Under the pieces are notes generated by a model. The model made no database searches. It was not told the DNA's origin and saw only the letters and a list, made by a program, of their open reading frames with translations. A stretch of 64,000 bases of DNA from Okamejei kenojei (Eukaryota), in NCBI GenBank assembly GCA_035221665.1, contig CM069154.1, positions 5,084,001 to 5,148,000 on the forward strand. The letters run 5' to 3'. The translations under genes were made by a program, and so were the position numbers. Below are positions 15,423-29,100 of the stretch, in pieces (position 1 is the stretch's first letter; every line of letters starts with the position of its first letter).

Positions 15423-17401
15423 TAAATATCATGGACCTTACAGCTGATGTATGCATTTAATGGCCATGTTTAATGTTTCCAAAGTGGCATTGACCTAAGT
15501 TGACGGAGCAGGAAACCGTTGAATATCCTTGAGACCATTAGTCTTCAATTATGGTCATTATAGTTATAAAAACAATATAATTAAAATGTATGCCAAGTGC
15601 TGGAGCAACTCATCGGGTCAGGCAGCATCTCTGGAGATAGGTGACATTTCAGGTCAGGACCCTTCTTCAGACACAACCTCATCTACCCATGTTCTCCACA
15701 ATTTCTGGTGTTTTATAAATTACAATATAGGAGGGTCCTTAGCCCTGATTTAACGTCATTGTTCCAGCCTTCGTCACGCCAAATGGCTGAGTTTGCAGAG
15801 TGTCATGACACCTATTTAACGTTTAGCTCGGATGTTATCGTCTCAGTTGTTATTCTGCATGAAACACATTCACTGCAGGACAGGGCAGGAAATGAATCTG
15901 ATTCTTGTGATCCGGATGCATACTGTCATTACTGACTAAGCCATCAGGGGGAGCTGTTTGCACATATTTAACTTGCTCCACCTTTACTCTGCTTGTATAA
16001 TTTTTAGCTTCCCACCATGTGCAGCCGTTATAATAATCCTGAAATCCCTGTAGGAAAGAATTTTAATTACTTAATAATCCAGTAATTTGCAGCGTAATGA
16101 GAGTGACTTGTTTGTTCCTTGGGTTCTCATCAAAGTTATCATCTGACATTAATTCTGTCATGAAGGTGAACAGGTAGTCATTCAATGCATTCCTTCTGTA
16201 AACCACCATCTTGCAGGTCCTTGTGTCTCTATTCATTAAATGAGTTCAGGAAAGCTTCAAGGTGTTGACAATGAACATTCAAAATAAGATCATTGCCTCC
16301 GGGCACCACACCCTGCATTTACTTGCATTGCATGGCACAAATCCACTAACAGTCTGCTGTTTAATGTTTCCTTGTGGTACAGAGTTGTACAGCATGGAAA
16401 CAGGCCCTTCGGCCCAACTCGTACATGCCGATCAAGATGCCCCATCTAAACCAACCCCACCTGCCTGCATTTTGCCCATGTGCCTCTTATCACACACAGT
16501 TCGCATAATGAGTGTCATAACAAGGAACTGTAGTTGCTGATTAATACACAAAAAGTCACACAGTGCTGGAGTAACTTAGCGGGTCAGGCAGCATCTGTGG
16601 AGAATGTAGATAGGTGATGTTTTGGGTTGAGACCCTTCTTCAGACTGATTGTGGGTGGAGTGGGGCGGAAGAAAAAAGCTGAAAGAGGGTTTGAAGAAAT
16701 TAATTTAGTTTATTGTCACGAGTACCGCGGTACAGTGAAAAGCTTCTTTTGTTGCGTGTTATCCAGTCAGTGAAGAGATGACATGATTAAAATCAAACCG
16801 TCCACAGTGTACAGATACAGGATAAAGGGAATAACATTTAGTGCAAGATAAAGTCCAATTAATGACAGTCCGATGATCTCCAATGAGGTGGATGATGGGT
16901 CAGGACCGCTCTCTAGTTTTGGTGATAGGACGGTTCAGTTGCCTGATAACAGCGAGAAAGAAACTGAATCTGGAGGTAGACATTTTCAAACTTCTGTACG
17001 TACCTCTTGCCTGGTGGGAGAGGGGAGAAGAGGGAGTGACTGTAGTGAGACTGGTCCTTGATTTTGCTTCTGGCCTTGCCGAGGCAGCGTGAAGGATGGG
17101 GTTGTGTTTAATTAGAAACATAGAAAATAGGTGCAGGAGGAGGCCATTTGGCCCTTCGAGCCAGCACCGCCATTCATTGTGATCACGGCTGATCGTCCCC
17201 AATCAATAACCTGTGCCTGCTTTCTCCCCATATCCCTTGATTCCACTAGCCCCTAGAGCGCTATCTAACTCTCTCTTAAATCCATCCAGTGATTTGGCCT
17301 CTACTGCCCTCTGTGGCAGGGAATTCCACAAATTCACAACTCTCTGGGTGAAAAACATTTTTTCTCACCTCAGTCTTAAATGGTCTCCCCTTTATTCTTA
17401 T

Positions 17402-17626
17402 GGGCCTGTCCCACTTTCACAACCTAATTCATGACCTCAGTCGAGGTTGCCCTTGACTCATACTCGCAACATGGTGGTCACGAGATCGAAGGAGGTTGTA
17501 GGTTGGTCGTGATGCTAGTCGTAGGTACACGTGGCATCAAGTAGGTCGGGGCGTTTTTCTAGCCTGATGAAAAATGCCCACGAGTAAAAAAGGTCGTGAA
17601 TTAGGTCGTGAACATGGGACAGGCCC
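17402..17626. mobile_element. MITE with GGGCCTGTCCCA TIRs (PIF/Harbinger-like) nested in a CR1 fragment
   Basis: ~36-bp imperfect TIRs flanked by TTA/TAA; a related end occurs at ~41306. Confidence 0.7.
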
Positions 17627-17751
17627 TTAAGTGGCCCCTATATTCTAAGACTGTGGCCCCTATTCTAAGACTGTGTCTTGGGTTGAAACAATGCAAATCA
17701 TTCAAGCACAAGAGAACCCTCTTTAATCCAAAACAATTTGCTTCTCTCCAG

Positions 17752-17758
17752 GTATTAG
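17752..17758 (+). CDS. AHCYL1: AHCYL1 terminal coding segment (R-Y-stop)
   Basis: cttctctccag|G TAT TAG completes the conserved ...NYYRY* C-terminus. Confidence 0.85.
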
Positions 17759-18930
17759 CGGGACCAGAATCCAAATGGTTGAAACCAGGACCAAGTTGTC
17801 CAAAGCCTCGATAGAAGAATGTATAGTAGGAGCAAGCCTAGCTGTTTGAATGCTCGCTAAATGTAATTGAAGAGCATTTCTGCGCAGCTAGGCATCTTAT
17901 TTCTTTAACAGCCTGTCTTTTGCTTGTATTTTCTTTTCTATTCTAATTACAAATGAGTGTTTTGATTTATAATTTACTGCCGAGAGATATAACTGTCTCA
18001 CTGCATTGTGACAGTGCTGTCTTTGTGAAATCACTTGAACCTGTATGATATGATTGTACTGTAATTTAAAATAATTATCTTTGTTTGCTTTGTTTTTTTT
18101 TCTGTTAGTTTTAGTCCACAGCCTGAGCTTAAAGCTCAGTTTGGCCTCAGTTCCAAAAGATGCTCTTGATTTTAACCATGATTTAAAAAAAAAAATCCTG
18201 TACCTGGTGGTCATTGGATCCTATTTGGCAATTGCCACTTTTGTCGTCTGATACTTCTGTCTTTCCCTGAATCAGTGCTGACCATATTAAATGACGAGTA
18301 TCAAGTTTTAAACTAACCAGTCAGTACAAAAGCAGCTGTAAATATCACTGTGTTACCAAAAACAAGATGTGAAATGGTTTTGTTTGAGAATTTCAGTTTT
18401 GCGTTTCCCTCTCCCTCTAGTGCTACCCTTGTACGCCTTAATATAGCGGCACCATAAATGACTACATTTCCGATCGTGAATCGTTATCAATCAGGCAAAG
18501 AAAACTAAAGCTTGCATCTGTTAATTCGGTGGGGAAAAATAAGTTTGACAGGTCAGTCTTCGAAATCTGGTCATTTATATTTTGACAAAATCAAACTGGG
18601 ACAAGATTGTGCCATATGGAGTCCGTGGCCTCTGAATCCTCGTGGCTTCTTATCCCACAGACACTTGTTGCATACAACACGCACACAAAACATTTCCCAG
18701 ATTATGTACCGTTTGTGATGGAGCTTTTTTTTAAAAAAAAACACCAGCAAAATCTTGGTGCATTTTCAGAACCTTATGCGAGCACTAGATGGTGACCTCT
18801 CAATGCTGTGGGGTTTATGTCTTTGAGGTTGGATACCCAATCGTGGGACCAGAAAGTACTTTCACTCCAGTTACATGAAAATATATATTTTAAAAAAAAT
18901 AATAAAGAATTTAAAAATCATTATATAAAC
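17759..18930 (+). terminator. AHCYL1: AHCYL1 3' UTR with polyadenylation signal AATAAA at 18901-18906
   Basis: ~1.15 kb repeat-free AU-rich stretch after the stop. Contains a Pumilio-type TGTAAATA (18337-18344) and AATAAA followed by a U/GU-rich tract. Confidence 0.65.
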
Positions 18931-20924
18931 ACAAATTGTTTTTACTCAAAAATGCCTCTGCTGTTTTATGTGATGTGACGGAGATGAGACGAACTATGTA
19001 GGTACTGATTTACCAAAAAAGACACAGAGTGCTGAAGTAACTCAGCGGGTTCATGCAAGGTCTGTGGATGACGTGGACAGGTGACGTTTTGGTTCGGACT
19101 CTTCTTCAGACTACATTGGTTAAATTATTGGGTTGGTTACTAAGGTAACCGACCCAATCGGCCTTTTTCCAACAATCTATCAAATAACCCCCTCGCCTGT
19201 TACAGGCCCTGCACTGTCCTACCCCTCTTTCCCAGCTTTCTTTCTTGCCCTCCCCGCAATCAGTCTGAAGAGGGGTCCCTGACCCAAAACATCACCGATG
19301 CAAGTTCTCCAGAGATGCTGCCTGACCCACTGAGTCATTAAAGTATTGATATGGCTACATAAGCAAAGAACCTTCACTTCTGTCACTTTTTGTCCAGGTG
19401 CTGTATCTTTACTAGTCCCACCTGCCTGCATTTGGCCCATATCCCTCTAAGCCGTGTTAGGGAAAGGTGGTTAGGAATTATAAATAGGATTGACAGATTT
19501 AAAAAAAAAAAAAAAAAAAAAAATCTGTTGCAAATGAGATGTGAAATCAGCAGAATTGATTAAATGAAACTGTTGAATCCTACGCAGAACAGTGCAGGAG
19601 GCAATGGAGAGAGAGAGAGTCATATAGTACAGGTAAAGGCCTTTTGGCCCAAGTCGTCCATTCTTAACCTTTTCAAACTTATTTCCTTTGGTTCTTGATT
19701 TCCCCTCCCCTGGTGAACAACTATGTGCATTCACCCTATCTATTCCCTTCATGATTTCTCACCCCTCAGCCTCCCGAAGTCAAAAGAACCTCTCCCTACA
19801 GCTCAGGCCCTCAAGTCCTGGCAACATTCTTGTAAATCTTCTCTGCACTCCTTCCAGCTTAGTGACATCCTGTAGCAAGGTTGACCAAAACTGAACATAC
19901 TATTCCAAATGTGGCCTCACCAATGTATTGTACAACTGCAACTTAAAGACTGGAACAAAGAATAAAGTGATGGTGTCTGGAAGTTGGGGACCACTGAATG
20001 GAGATGTTCTGAAAGCCCAGGCTTGCTTCGATCTGAAGAAGGGTCCAGAACGGTGCCTGTCCATACCCTCCACAGATGCTGCCTGAACCGCTAAATTCCT
20101 CCAGCATTTGTGCTTTTACTCAAAATTCCAGCATTGCAGTTCTTTGTGTCTCACTTTCTTCGATCAGCGTTGTGTGACTCACATGACCTTGGTAAGAAAG
20201 AATGTGCTGGAGTTGGTGAGGCAGCATCTCTGCGGAACGTGGATGGGCAATGATTTGGGTCGGGACCCTTCTGGGGACTTGAAACATCAAGATGTGGGCA
20301 CGGGTACAAAGGTAAGGCCTCTGCTGAGGACTGAGGAGATAAATTGGTGCGAGTCCAGCAGGGGAAGGGGATGTGGGGCAGAAAGGGGAGGGGGAAGTAC
20401 GGGGTGTTAGAGGTTGCGTAAAATTGGAGAATTCAATGTTCATACCATTGGGTTGGAAGCTCCCCATTCAGAATATGAGCAGCATTGCTGCTGGAGATTA
20501 CTTTCAAGAGTGCATTGTTTGAATTGTTAGTGTTTGAAATGTTTCCTCTATTTAATAATTCACTATTATAAAACTTATCATATATAACTATTCTACCTGA
20601 ATGTCACCCATTCCTTCTCTCCAGAGGAGCTGCCTCACTAAGTTATTTCAGCATCTTGTGTCTATCTTTGATTTAAACCAGCATCTTCAGCTCTTTCCTG
20701 CACACTTCCTGAATCCTATCCCTTTATCATGCACGCTCTTTGTATAACTTTAGCCTATTGTTCCCTGCTTCCTAGTTACAGTATTGGGGGACCATCAAGA
20801 AGCTCGGTGACTAAACTTACCTGTTGTTTTGCTTATTTCTATAAAATGTTTAAAATCACTGCTGTATAAAAACTGATCACTACAAGTGTTGGAAACAAAT
20901 GTTGTGTGGGAGTGAAGATGGACA

Positions 20925-21390
20925 CAAAAAGCCAAAGTAACTCAGCGGGTTAGGCGACATCTCTGGAGAAAATGAATAGGTGACGTTTTGGGTCGAGACC
21001 TTTCTTCAGACTGAGAGTCAGGAAGAGAGACCTGAGCAACATGAAAAGATACGTAGAAGAAATGAATGAAATGTACGAAATGAAAAGACAAATCAAAGCC
21101 AGCATTGAAGATCAAGGAAACGTGGAGCCCACAATGATCCATTGCTGGCTGTGGAGAAGGTGATAAGGAGTGTGACAGTGAAACTCTGCAGGATGACAGT
21201 TAACCAATATGACGACTAGGGTGGGCGCAAAGAGGGATGCAAGTTGGAGAAATCAATATTCATACCGCTGGGTTGTAAGCTGCCCAAGTGATAGATGTTC
21301 CTCTAATTTGTGTGTGGAGGACAGTTTGACAGTGGAGGAGGCCCAGGTCAGAATGAGAAGGGCAGTGAAAGTGTTTAGCAACAGGGAGTT
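20925..21390 (-). mobile_element. Penelope-like element 3' fragment: GIY-YIG C-terminus and pLTR
   Basis: ELPVAKHFH..SHSDLGLLHCQ..KLEEH-type remnant, then a degenerate hammerhead core at ~20978-21012; similar pieces at ~20180-20485 (-) and 30775-30982 (+, EAMRKLEEQHFIFCLVRLQPSSMNVEFSNFK*). Confidence 0.75.
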
Positions 21391-22148
21391 CACATTGTGT
21401 GTTGTTGTACATCGTGTGGTTTGATGCAGCCACAGTCCTTGAATCAGTAACTTCCTCTCTGCTGTAGATCTGCCCACATGCAAAACCAGCATCAATATAA
21501 CTGAGCTGAGCACTAGTTTTAACCACAGATCTTTGGTTTTAACTAGAATTTAATGTGTTTTCTTAACCACCACCGCAGTTATATAAGGGTTGATTTGTTC
21601 TGACGATAAGAATAATTGGTCAAAGCTGTTTAACAAAAAGTTAAGTGGCCAATGGATGAATTATTTAAAGTCTCAATTATCTTCATCTAATTTGGACATT
21701 AGCTCATTGATTTCTTCAGACTTCGAGACTTCTGTTATGCATATTTGATTATTTTTTTAAAGTTTCTTTCCTTTTCTTTAATGGAATGCTGAAGTTAATA
21801 ATGACATTTATCTCAAGTAGATTTAAGATTAGCACAGTGGCGCAGCAGGTGAGCTGGTTTGATCCTGGCCTCCGGTGCTGTCAGTGTGGAGTTTGCACGT
21901 TCTCTCTGGGTCAGTGCAAGTTTTTTTTTGTCTGGGTGCTCTGATTTCCTCCCACATCCCAAAGACGTGTGAGTTTGTGGGACAATTGGCCTCTGTAAAT
22001 TGCACCTGGTGTATAGGGAGTGGAGTCCCAAATAACAATAAGTTCAGATTTGTTACCTTTGCTTTCTCTCTGATTTATCTTGGTGTGGAATTAACTGGTT
22101 TATGCCAGTCAATGTGACAACTGCATGGATAATGTTTCCCCATCTCTG
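21390..22148 (-). pseudogene. Degraded TM and cytoplasmic exon remnants probably belonging to gene 2
   Basis: Three remnants in the expected order. ~22148-22057: WGNIIHAVVTLTGI, frameshift, TKINQRESK G|gtaac. ~21731-21676: phase-1 hydrophilic piece. From 21599: cag|NKSTLI-(1-nt gap)-TAVVVKK, a frameshifted ITIM, then further Tyr motifs. Confidence 0.4.
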
Positions 22149-22469
22149 CTAGACGCCACACATGAAACAACTTGCACAACTCTGAAATGGGGCCCTTCGA
22201 TCTGTCACCTCCAAGCGAAGCGAAACCTTGTACTCTGATCTAGTTTGCCTGCAGTAGGTCCATTTCCTTCAGTGCTTTGCATACTTAAGGGTCTAAATAT
22301 AATACAGTAAACCTTTGTTGTAACGGGGAGAATGGTGTCCGTTATAGCTGATTGTCTGCTACAACAGAGTGTAATATGTGGCGTTTCATGTGTAGAGACC
22401 CAACAATAACATTTAGGCTGAGCAGGGATTGCACTGACAGAGGCGCCTTTTTTCAGCTGAAACATTAAA

Positions 22470-22768
22470 GCACGGTGGCGCAGCGGTAGAGTCGCTGCCT
22501 TACAGCTACAGCGCCAGAGACCCGGGTTCGATCCTGACTACGGGGTGCTGTCTGTACGGAGTTTACACCTTCTCCCCGTGACCCGCTTCGGTTTCCTCCC
22601 ACATTCCTAAGACGTACAAGTTTGTTGGCTAATTGGCTTGGTATAAATGTAAATCATGAATAGTGTGTGTGTAGGATAGTGTTAGTGTGCGGGGATCGCT
22701 GGTCGGTGCGGACTCGGTGGGCCGAAGGGCCTGTTTCCGTGCTGTATCTCTAAACTAACCTAAACTAA
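22470..22768 (+). mobile_element. Near full-length tRNA-derived V-SINE (HE1-like); representative of dozens of copies in the window
   Basis: A-box ggtggcgcagcgg, B-box ggttcgatcc, V-domain core (ggagttt..ttctccccgtg..ggtttcctcccaca) and (taaac)n tail. Confidence 0.85.
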
Positions 22769-23461
22769 GCAAAGGTCCAAGGGCGAGGAAGTGGCACGGG
22801 GTGGCGTCGGCAGCCCGGCCTGGCAGTGAAGTTCGGTCAGTCTCTCCGCTATAGTCGGTGCGATATAAAGAGAGGGGATCTTATTGAAATATATAACATT
22901 CCTAAGGGATTGGACAGGCTAGATGCAGGAAAAATGTTTCCCATGTCGGGGGAGTCCAGAACCAGGGGTCACAGTTTAAGAATAAGAGGTAAGCCATTTG
23001 GGACTGAGATGAGGAAAATCTTTCTCACCCAGACAGTTGTGAATCTGTGGAATTCTCTGCCACAGAAGGTAGTGGAGGCCACTTAACTGGATGTATTCAA
23101 GAGAGAGTTAGATAGTCTTAGGGCTAATGGAATCAAGGGATATGGGGAGAAAGCAGGAACGGGAACTGATTCTGGATGATCAGCCATGATCATATTGAAT
23201 GATGGTACTGGCTCGATGGGCCGAATAGCCTACTCCACCTATTTTCAATGTTTCTATAAAGAGGTCTGTAAAAACAAGGTGTTTCCTGTAATTGTATCGG
23301 ACTCCACCACTCATTTATCATTCAAGTCCGTGTGGTCCATCAACCACTTTCTTCAAATCAAATTAAAGAATATTTTTCAGGAACTTCATGAGTTCCCCAA
23401 ATTCAAAACCAAATGACACGTCAATTTAAAAAAAATATTCATTCATAAGGTCATAAGTGCA

Positions 23462-26400
23462 TAAGTATGATATGGAGTGGAGCTAACTGAAATTAACATC
23501 TACCGAAGTTTACAAGAATCTTCCACCAGGGGGTGGGATACACCCACAGCATGCCTATATGCTGTGATTTTTAACGTTTTTACAATTTTTTTTAGCTTGT
23601 CTTTTACACTCTTTATCTAGCTTTTTTAAGGCAATTTTTCCTGAGAGATACCTGCAGAGGCTTATAATTGGGCTCACCATACAGCAACTAAAAGTCTTAT
23701 TTTAAATATTGTGTTACTCCATTTGAAACAAGGGAAACCATGTAAGCATTAATGCAAGACGATCCTTCTAGGAAAACTGGAGGAATCACCTTTTGTAGTT
23801 GGAATGTTAGGGGCATTAATGAGCCAATTAAAAGGGATAAGGTCTTAGCCCATCTAAAATCTATTAATACTGATACAGGAGATGCATCTTAAGGATGGAG
23901 CTCATAACAGGCTGAAGGCTAACGGGATTGGTCAATTATATCATTCTACTTTCCTCTCTAAAGCTAGAGGTACTGCAATCATAATTCGTAAAGGCACACC
24001 ATTCAAACACAAAGCCACCATAGCCGGTAAGGAGGGTAGGTACATTATAGTATCTGGGGAGTTATACTCAACCCCACTTACTATGGTGAATATCTATGCC
24101 CCTAATTTTGACAACCCACAATTTTTTAATAAAATAATTAACATAATCTCAGACTCCACCCAGCAAAATCTGATAATTGGAGGAGACTTCAATTGTGTAC
24201 TGGACCCATATCTGAATAAATCTTCACAGCAATATAATACAAAATCAAAATCCAGCGAACTTCTAAACACTAACATAAAAAAGATAAACATAACCGACGT
24301 ATGGAGGATTGTTAATCCATCCGGAAGATAATATTCTTTTTATTCAGCCGTTCACAAAACGTATACACGTATTGATTATTTTCTGGTGGGCACAAAATTG
24401 ATCCCTTTTACAATTAATCCCAAATATCATAATAATATTATTTCCGATCATTGGCCATTAACATTCTCCTTAAAATTAGAAGGAATGCATAACAAAAAAA
24501 TGTTCTGGAGATTTAATCCACAAATATTAACTGACTCAGGTTTCTGGTGAGTATCTGAAGCAACAGATGGAACTATTTTATGAGACAAATGACACACCTG
24601 GTATTTCGGCCTCTTTATTATGGGAATCTTTTAAAGCCTTTATCAGAGGTTCTATTATCTCATATCAAACTTATCAGAATAAAAAAAACAGGTCGGAACA
24701 ATTGGAATTAGAAGAACAGATTAAACAGCTTGATTTAGAAAATGCTACTGATCCATCTATTGTCAAACCCAATAAGATAGCAGTGTTACAATTCAAGTTT
24801 AATCAAATTCTTTCCGCAAGAATTATTAAGTTATTTGGTGATAAACCGCATAAACTTCTGGCACATCAGCTGAGAAAAATGGAAAAAGATCACACCATCC
24901 AAAAAATTAGATCAGAAAAAGGTGAGCTGCTTACACTCCCTAAAGATATCAATGAAAGAGTTTTACAATTCTATCATAATGTATACACATCTAAAACTTC
25001 ATAAGAAACAATACAGATTAAAAACTTCCTTGACAATTGCAACCTTCCATCACTCAATGCGGTGGAACGAGAAGAATTAGGAGCGCAGATTAAAGTAAAA
25101 TATATTGAAGAGACCATTAAATCACTGAATAATGGCAAAACTCCAGGCCCAGATGGGTTCAGTAATGAATTCTATTAAAAAATTCATGAATTAATTTCCT
25201 CTCGTTTACAAGCCCTTTATATTTACGCATTTAAAGAACAGACGTTACCACAAACTTTAGCCAAATCAGCTATTACATTGATACCCAAAAAAGACAAAGA
25301 TCTTGAAGAGCCAGGATCATATACAGCAATAGCTCTTTTAAATGCAGACCAGAAAATATTAGCTAAAACCCTGGCAAGAAGACTAAGTAAGTAAATCAGT
25401 AAATTAATACACTCTGATCAAACTGGGTTTATACCTAAGGGACATTCGTTCAATAACTTGAGACGCTTGTTTAATATAATGTACACACACAGAACGATAA
25501 ACTTATCAATTATTTCTTTAGACGCAGAAAAAGCATTTGACCAAGAAGGATGGGAATATCTCTTAATAAGAGATCTCTTAAAAGAGATATATAATATCTC
25601 TTCACAGTATTGCAAAAATTCCAACTAGGAGAAAATTTTATTTCATGGATAAAGTTGTTATATAACAATCAGACTGCCAGAATACTGACTAATCAAACTC
25701 TGTCACCTAAATTTCAATTATCCAGGGGCAATAGGCAAGGGTGTGCTTTATCACCAATGTTATTTGCCCTTGCTACAGAACCCTTAACTGAAAGTATAAG
25801 AGTACATCCGAGCATTCATGGTTATAACACTAAATATACTAATAATAAGATTTTGTTATATGCAGACGATGTACTTTTATATATTACCAACTCCCAAGTC
25901 AGTATCCCAAATATACTAAACCTCATAGAACAATTTGGCTCCTTCTCAGGGTATAGAATAAACTGGAACAAAAGTGAAATTATGCCGATAAAACCTCAAG
26001 ACCCTTCACATCTCCTAAAATTTCCCTTTAGAATTGCTACTGAAAATTTTAAATACCTTGGAGTCTACGTGACTAGAAAATACCCCTCTTTATTTCAAGC
26101 AAATTTTCCACCATTAATCACCAAATTAAATGTCCTTATTCAATTTTGGAAAACACTTCCAATTTCCCTTATAGGTAGAGTAAATGTCATAAAGATGATT
26201 TTCCTTCCACAACTCCTGTACCTATGTCAATCAATACTGATTTACCTCCCTAAAAACTTTAAAAAAAAACTTGACTGTGATTACAAACTTTATCTGGGAT
26301 TATAAAACTCATAGAATTCGTAAACGACATTTATGTAAACCTAAAGAAATCGGTGGACTGGCTCTCCCTAATTTTCTTCCATATTATTGGGCAACTAATA

Positions 26401-27807
26401 TTAAAAATGTAATTTACTCGTTGGACGATACATGTAAACTGGTTAAAAATGGAGAGGGAAGATTGTTTGCCTTTTAATATAGGCGCAATTCTTCTCTCTC
26501 CAATACATCTGAAGACCTCAATGTATGAGAAAAATCCGATAATCCATAGTATCTTACGAATTTGGAAACAGTTGAAATCAACCCTCAAATTGAGAAATTT
26601 ATCTCTCTTCTTACCAATCGCCAATAATCCCTCGTTTAAACTGTCTACTTTAGACAAGGCATTTGCTCAATGGGAAAGCCAAGGAATTAAAAATCTGGGA
26701 AATCTTTATGAGATGGGGACCGTCCTTTCGTTTCAAGAATTACAGGTGAAATATCATTTGAAAGATATCGTCAGATATCTTCAAATACGAGACTACGTGA
26801 AAATATACACCCAAGATTGCCACTCTGTGGGCCCAGATATATTAGATGAATGCATGAACAGAAAGGCGGATACAGATAAGTTAATATCCTATTTCTACAA
26901 TACCCTTTTTTAATGTACATATCCCATCGTTGGAAATAATTAGGCGAGCATGGGAAGATGAATTAGGTTTAACAATTTCTAAGGATATTTGGGAGGAAAT
27001 TCTTTTATATATACATTACTGTTCTCTTAATGTTAGGCACCCCCTAATAAAATTTAACATACTGAATAGACTCTATTATTCAAAGTCTAAAATGAACAAG
27101 ATCTTCCCAAATGTCTCTCCTATCTGTGATAAATGTCTCCTCCAAGATGCGGCTGTAACCCATTCTTTTGTTTCCTTCACAAAATGACAAAACTTCTGGA
27201 GGGAATTTTTGATATCTTTTCCGAAATACTTAAAACTAAATTAGATCCCGATACAAAACTGATCACACTAGGTATGTCAGAGGCCTGTTCTGAGCTAACG
27301 ATATTTCAAAGACGTTTCCTTAACAATGGCCTGATGACGGCAAAAATATTAATACTCAAATTCTGGAAACAGACAACAGTCCCTACAGTGAAGATGTGGA
27401 TCACAGACATGTCCGAGACACTACATTTGGAAAACATTAGGCTTGTCTTGGCGGAAAAACCAGATCAATCTCTTAAGACATGGACAGCCTTTACCGAATT
27501 CTTAGAACAATAGTATGGTGCAAAACAAATTTAAATTTAAATCCGATGCTGGGTTGGATGAGGCGGGCGGGGGGGGGGGGACGAGTGGCAGATTTTCTTT
27601 TGTTCTTCTTCAATCTACCTTTTCAATTTCTACTTTTTTTTTCTTGTTTTCTCTTTCTTTTCTTTTTTCATTTTCATAATTTAGGTGATAAGGTTAAAAT
27701 TGAAGCTGTACAATAATTGTCTAATTTTAGATGCCAAATGTTTTATCTCTGTACAATTGCTTCTAATAAAAATAAAATAAATACATTAAAAATAAAAACA
27801 AAACAAA
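23462..27807 (+). mobile_element. 5'-truncated L1-clade LINE with a nearly complete but disrupted ORF2 (23752-27513)
   Basis: APE endonuclease (SWNVRGIN, IYAPN, GGDFN), RT (QGCALSP, LYADD), C-terminal CxxC...H, AATAAA and A-rich tail; multiple stops and frameshifts. Confidence 0.95.
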
Positions 27808-28487
27808 GCGAGGTGTATCCTGTAATTGTATCGGACTCCACCACTCATTTATCATTCAAGTCAGGATGTGTGACTCGATTGGGAACTTGGTGACCCTGTG
27901 GTCCACCAACCACTTTCTTCAAATCAAATTTTCAGGAACTTAATGAGTTCCCCAAATTCAAAATCAAAAGATACGTCAATTTTTTAAAATATTCATTCAT
28001 AAGGTCATAAGTGCAAGGAGTAGAATTAGGCCATTCGGCCCATCAAGTCTACTCCGCCATTCAATAATGGATGATCTATCTCACCTTCCTAACCCTATTC
28101 TCCTGCCTTCTCTCCATAACCTCTGACACCTGAACCTATTCTGCAGAATCAGAGTGAACATTAACAGTCGAAGAGCAGAGAACTCAGATGGTTAATTGGA
28201 AAGGAAGGATGAAAGGAGTTTGGTTAACTTTCGATCAAGGTCTGGTAAAAAGGTAAGTTGGAAAAAAAAAATTAGCACATTAATCACAATAGTCTTTTTT
28301 TTCTAACATGAGTTCTCGCATGACAATTATTTGTTGCTTTGATGGTACATATGACAATTAAACACACAGGAGGTTAAGGGGTGATTTTATAGAGGTGTTT
28401 AAAATCATGAGGTGAATTGATGGATGAATACACGGAGTCTTTTGCTCAGAGTGGAGGAATCGAGAACCAGCGGGCATGGGTTCAAGG

Positions 28488-28856
28488 CAAGGGTTCCCAA
28501 CCTGGGGTAAATTTCGCCTACCCAGGGAGTAAATATGTTGATTCTGGATTTATTTATACATATTTATTCTCATTGATTGATTGTGTTTGGTTCTGGTATA
28601 CCGGTATCTGTTCATCATCAGTTGTTCATAAATAAGTGAAATAACATTGGTATGTGCTATTAAAGTTGCCAGCAGGGTGGAAGATTGCAACCTTCACGTG
28701 GTCCGCCCTGTTTCGACGAATGCAATCAACCTGGCGTGCACAATCAAATAAGATCAAATAGAACAAGTAGTCCTACAACTTTAGGATGTGCGCGCCATAC
28801 GCAAAAAGAAGAAAGTTGCCAGGGGTAAACGGGACGAAAAAGGTTGCGAACCCCTG
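28488..28856. mobile_element. hAT (Charlie-like) MITE in a CR1 fragment with a nested 140-bp retroposon
   Basis: TIRs caagggttcccaacc / ggttgcgaacccctg; near-identical 8-bp TSD gttcaagg / gtttaagg. Confidence 0.7.
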
Positions 28857-29100
28857 GTTTAAGGTGAGAGGGGAAAGATTTAAAAGGTACCCGAGTGGCA
28901 ACTTTCTCACTCAAGGGGTGGTGGTTTCTATCGAACGAGCTGCCAGAGGATGTAGTTGAGGCAGTGACTAAACCAACATTTAAAAGACACTTGGACAGGT
29001 ACATCCCAAACATCAGCCATGTTTGCCAGATGTTTCTGAGTAATGTATTAAATAAATAAGTTGCTTAAATTGTTGTGAGGTAAATGAAACTTTCACTACT

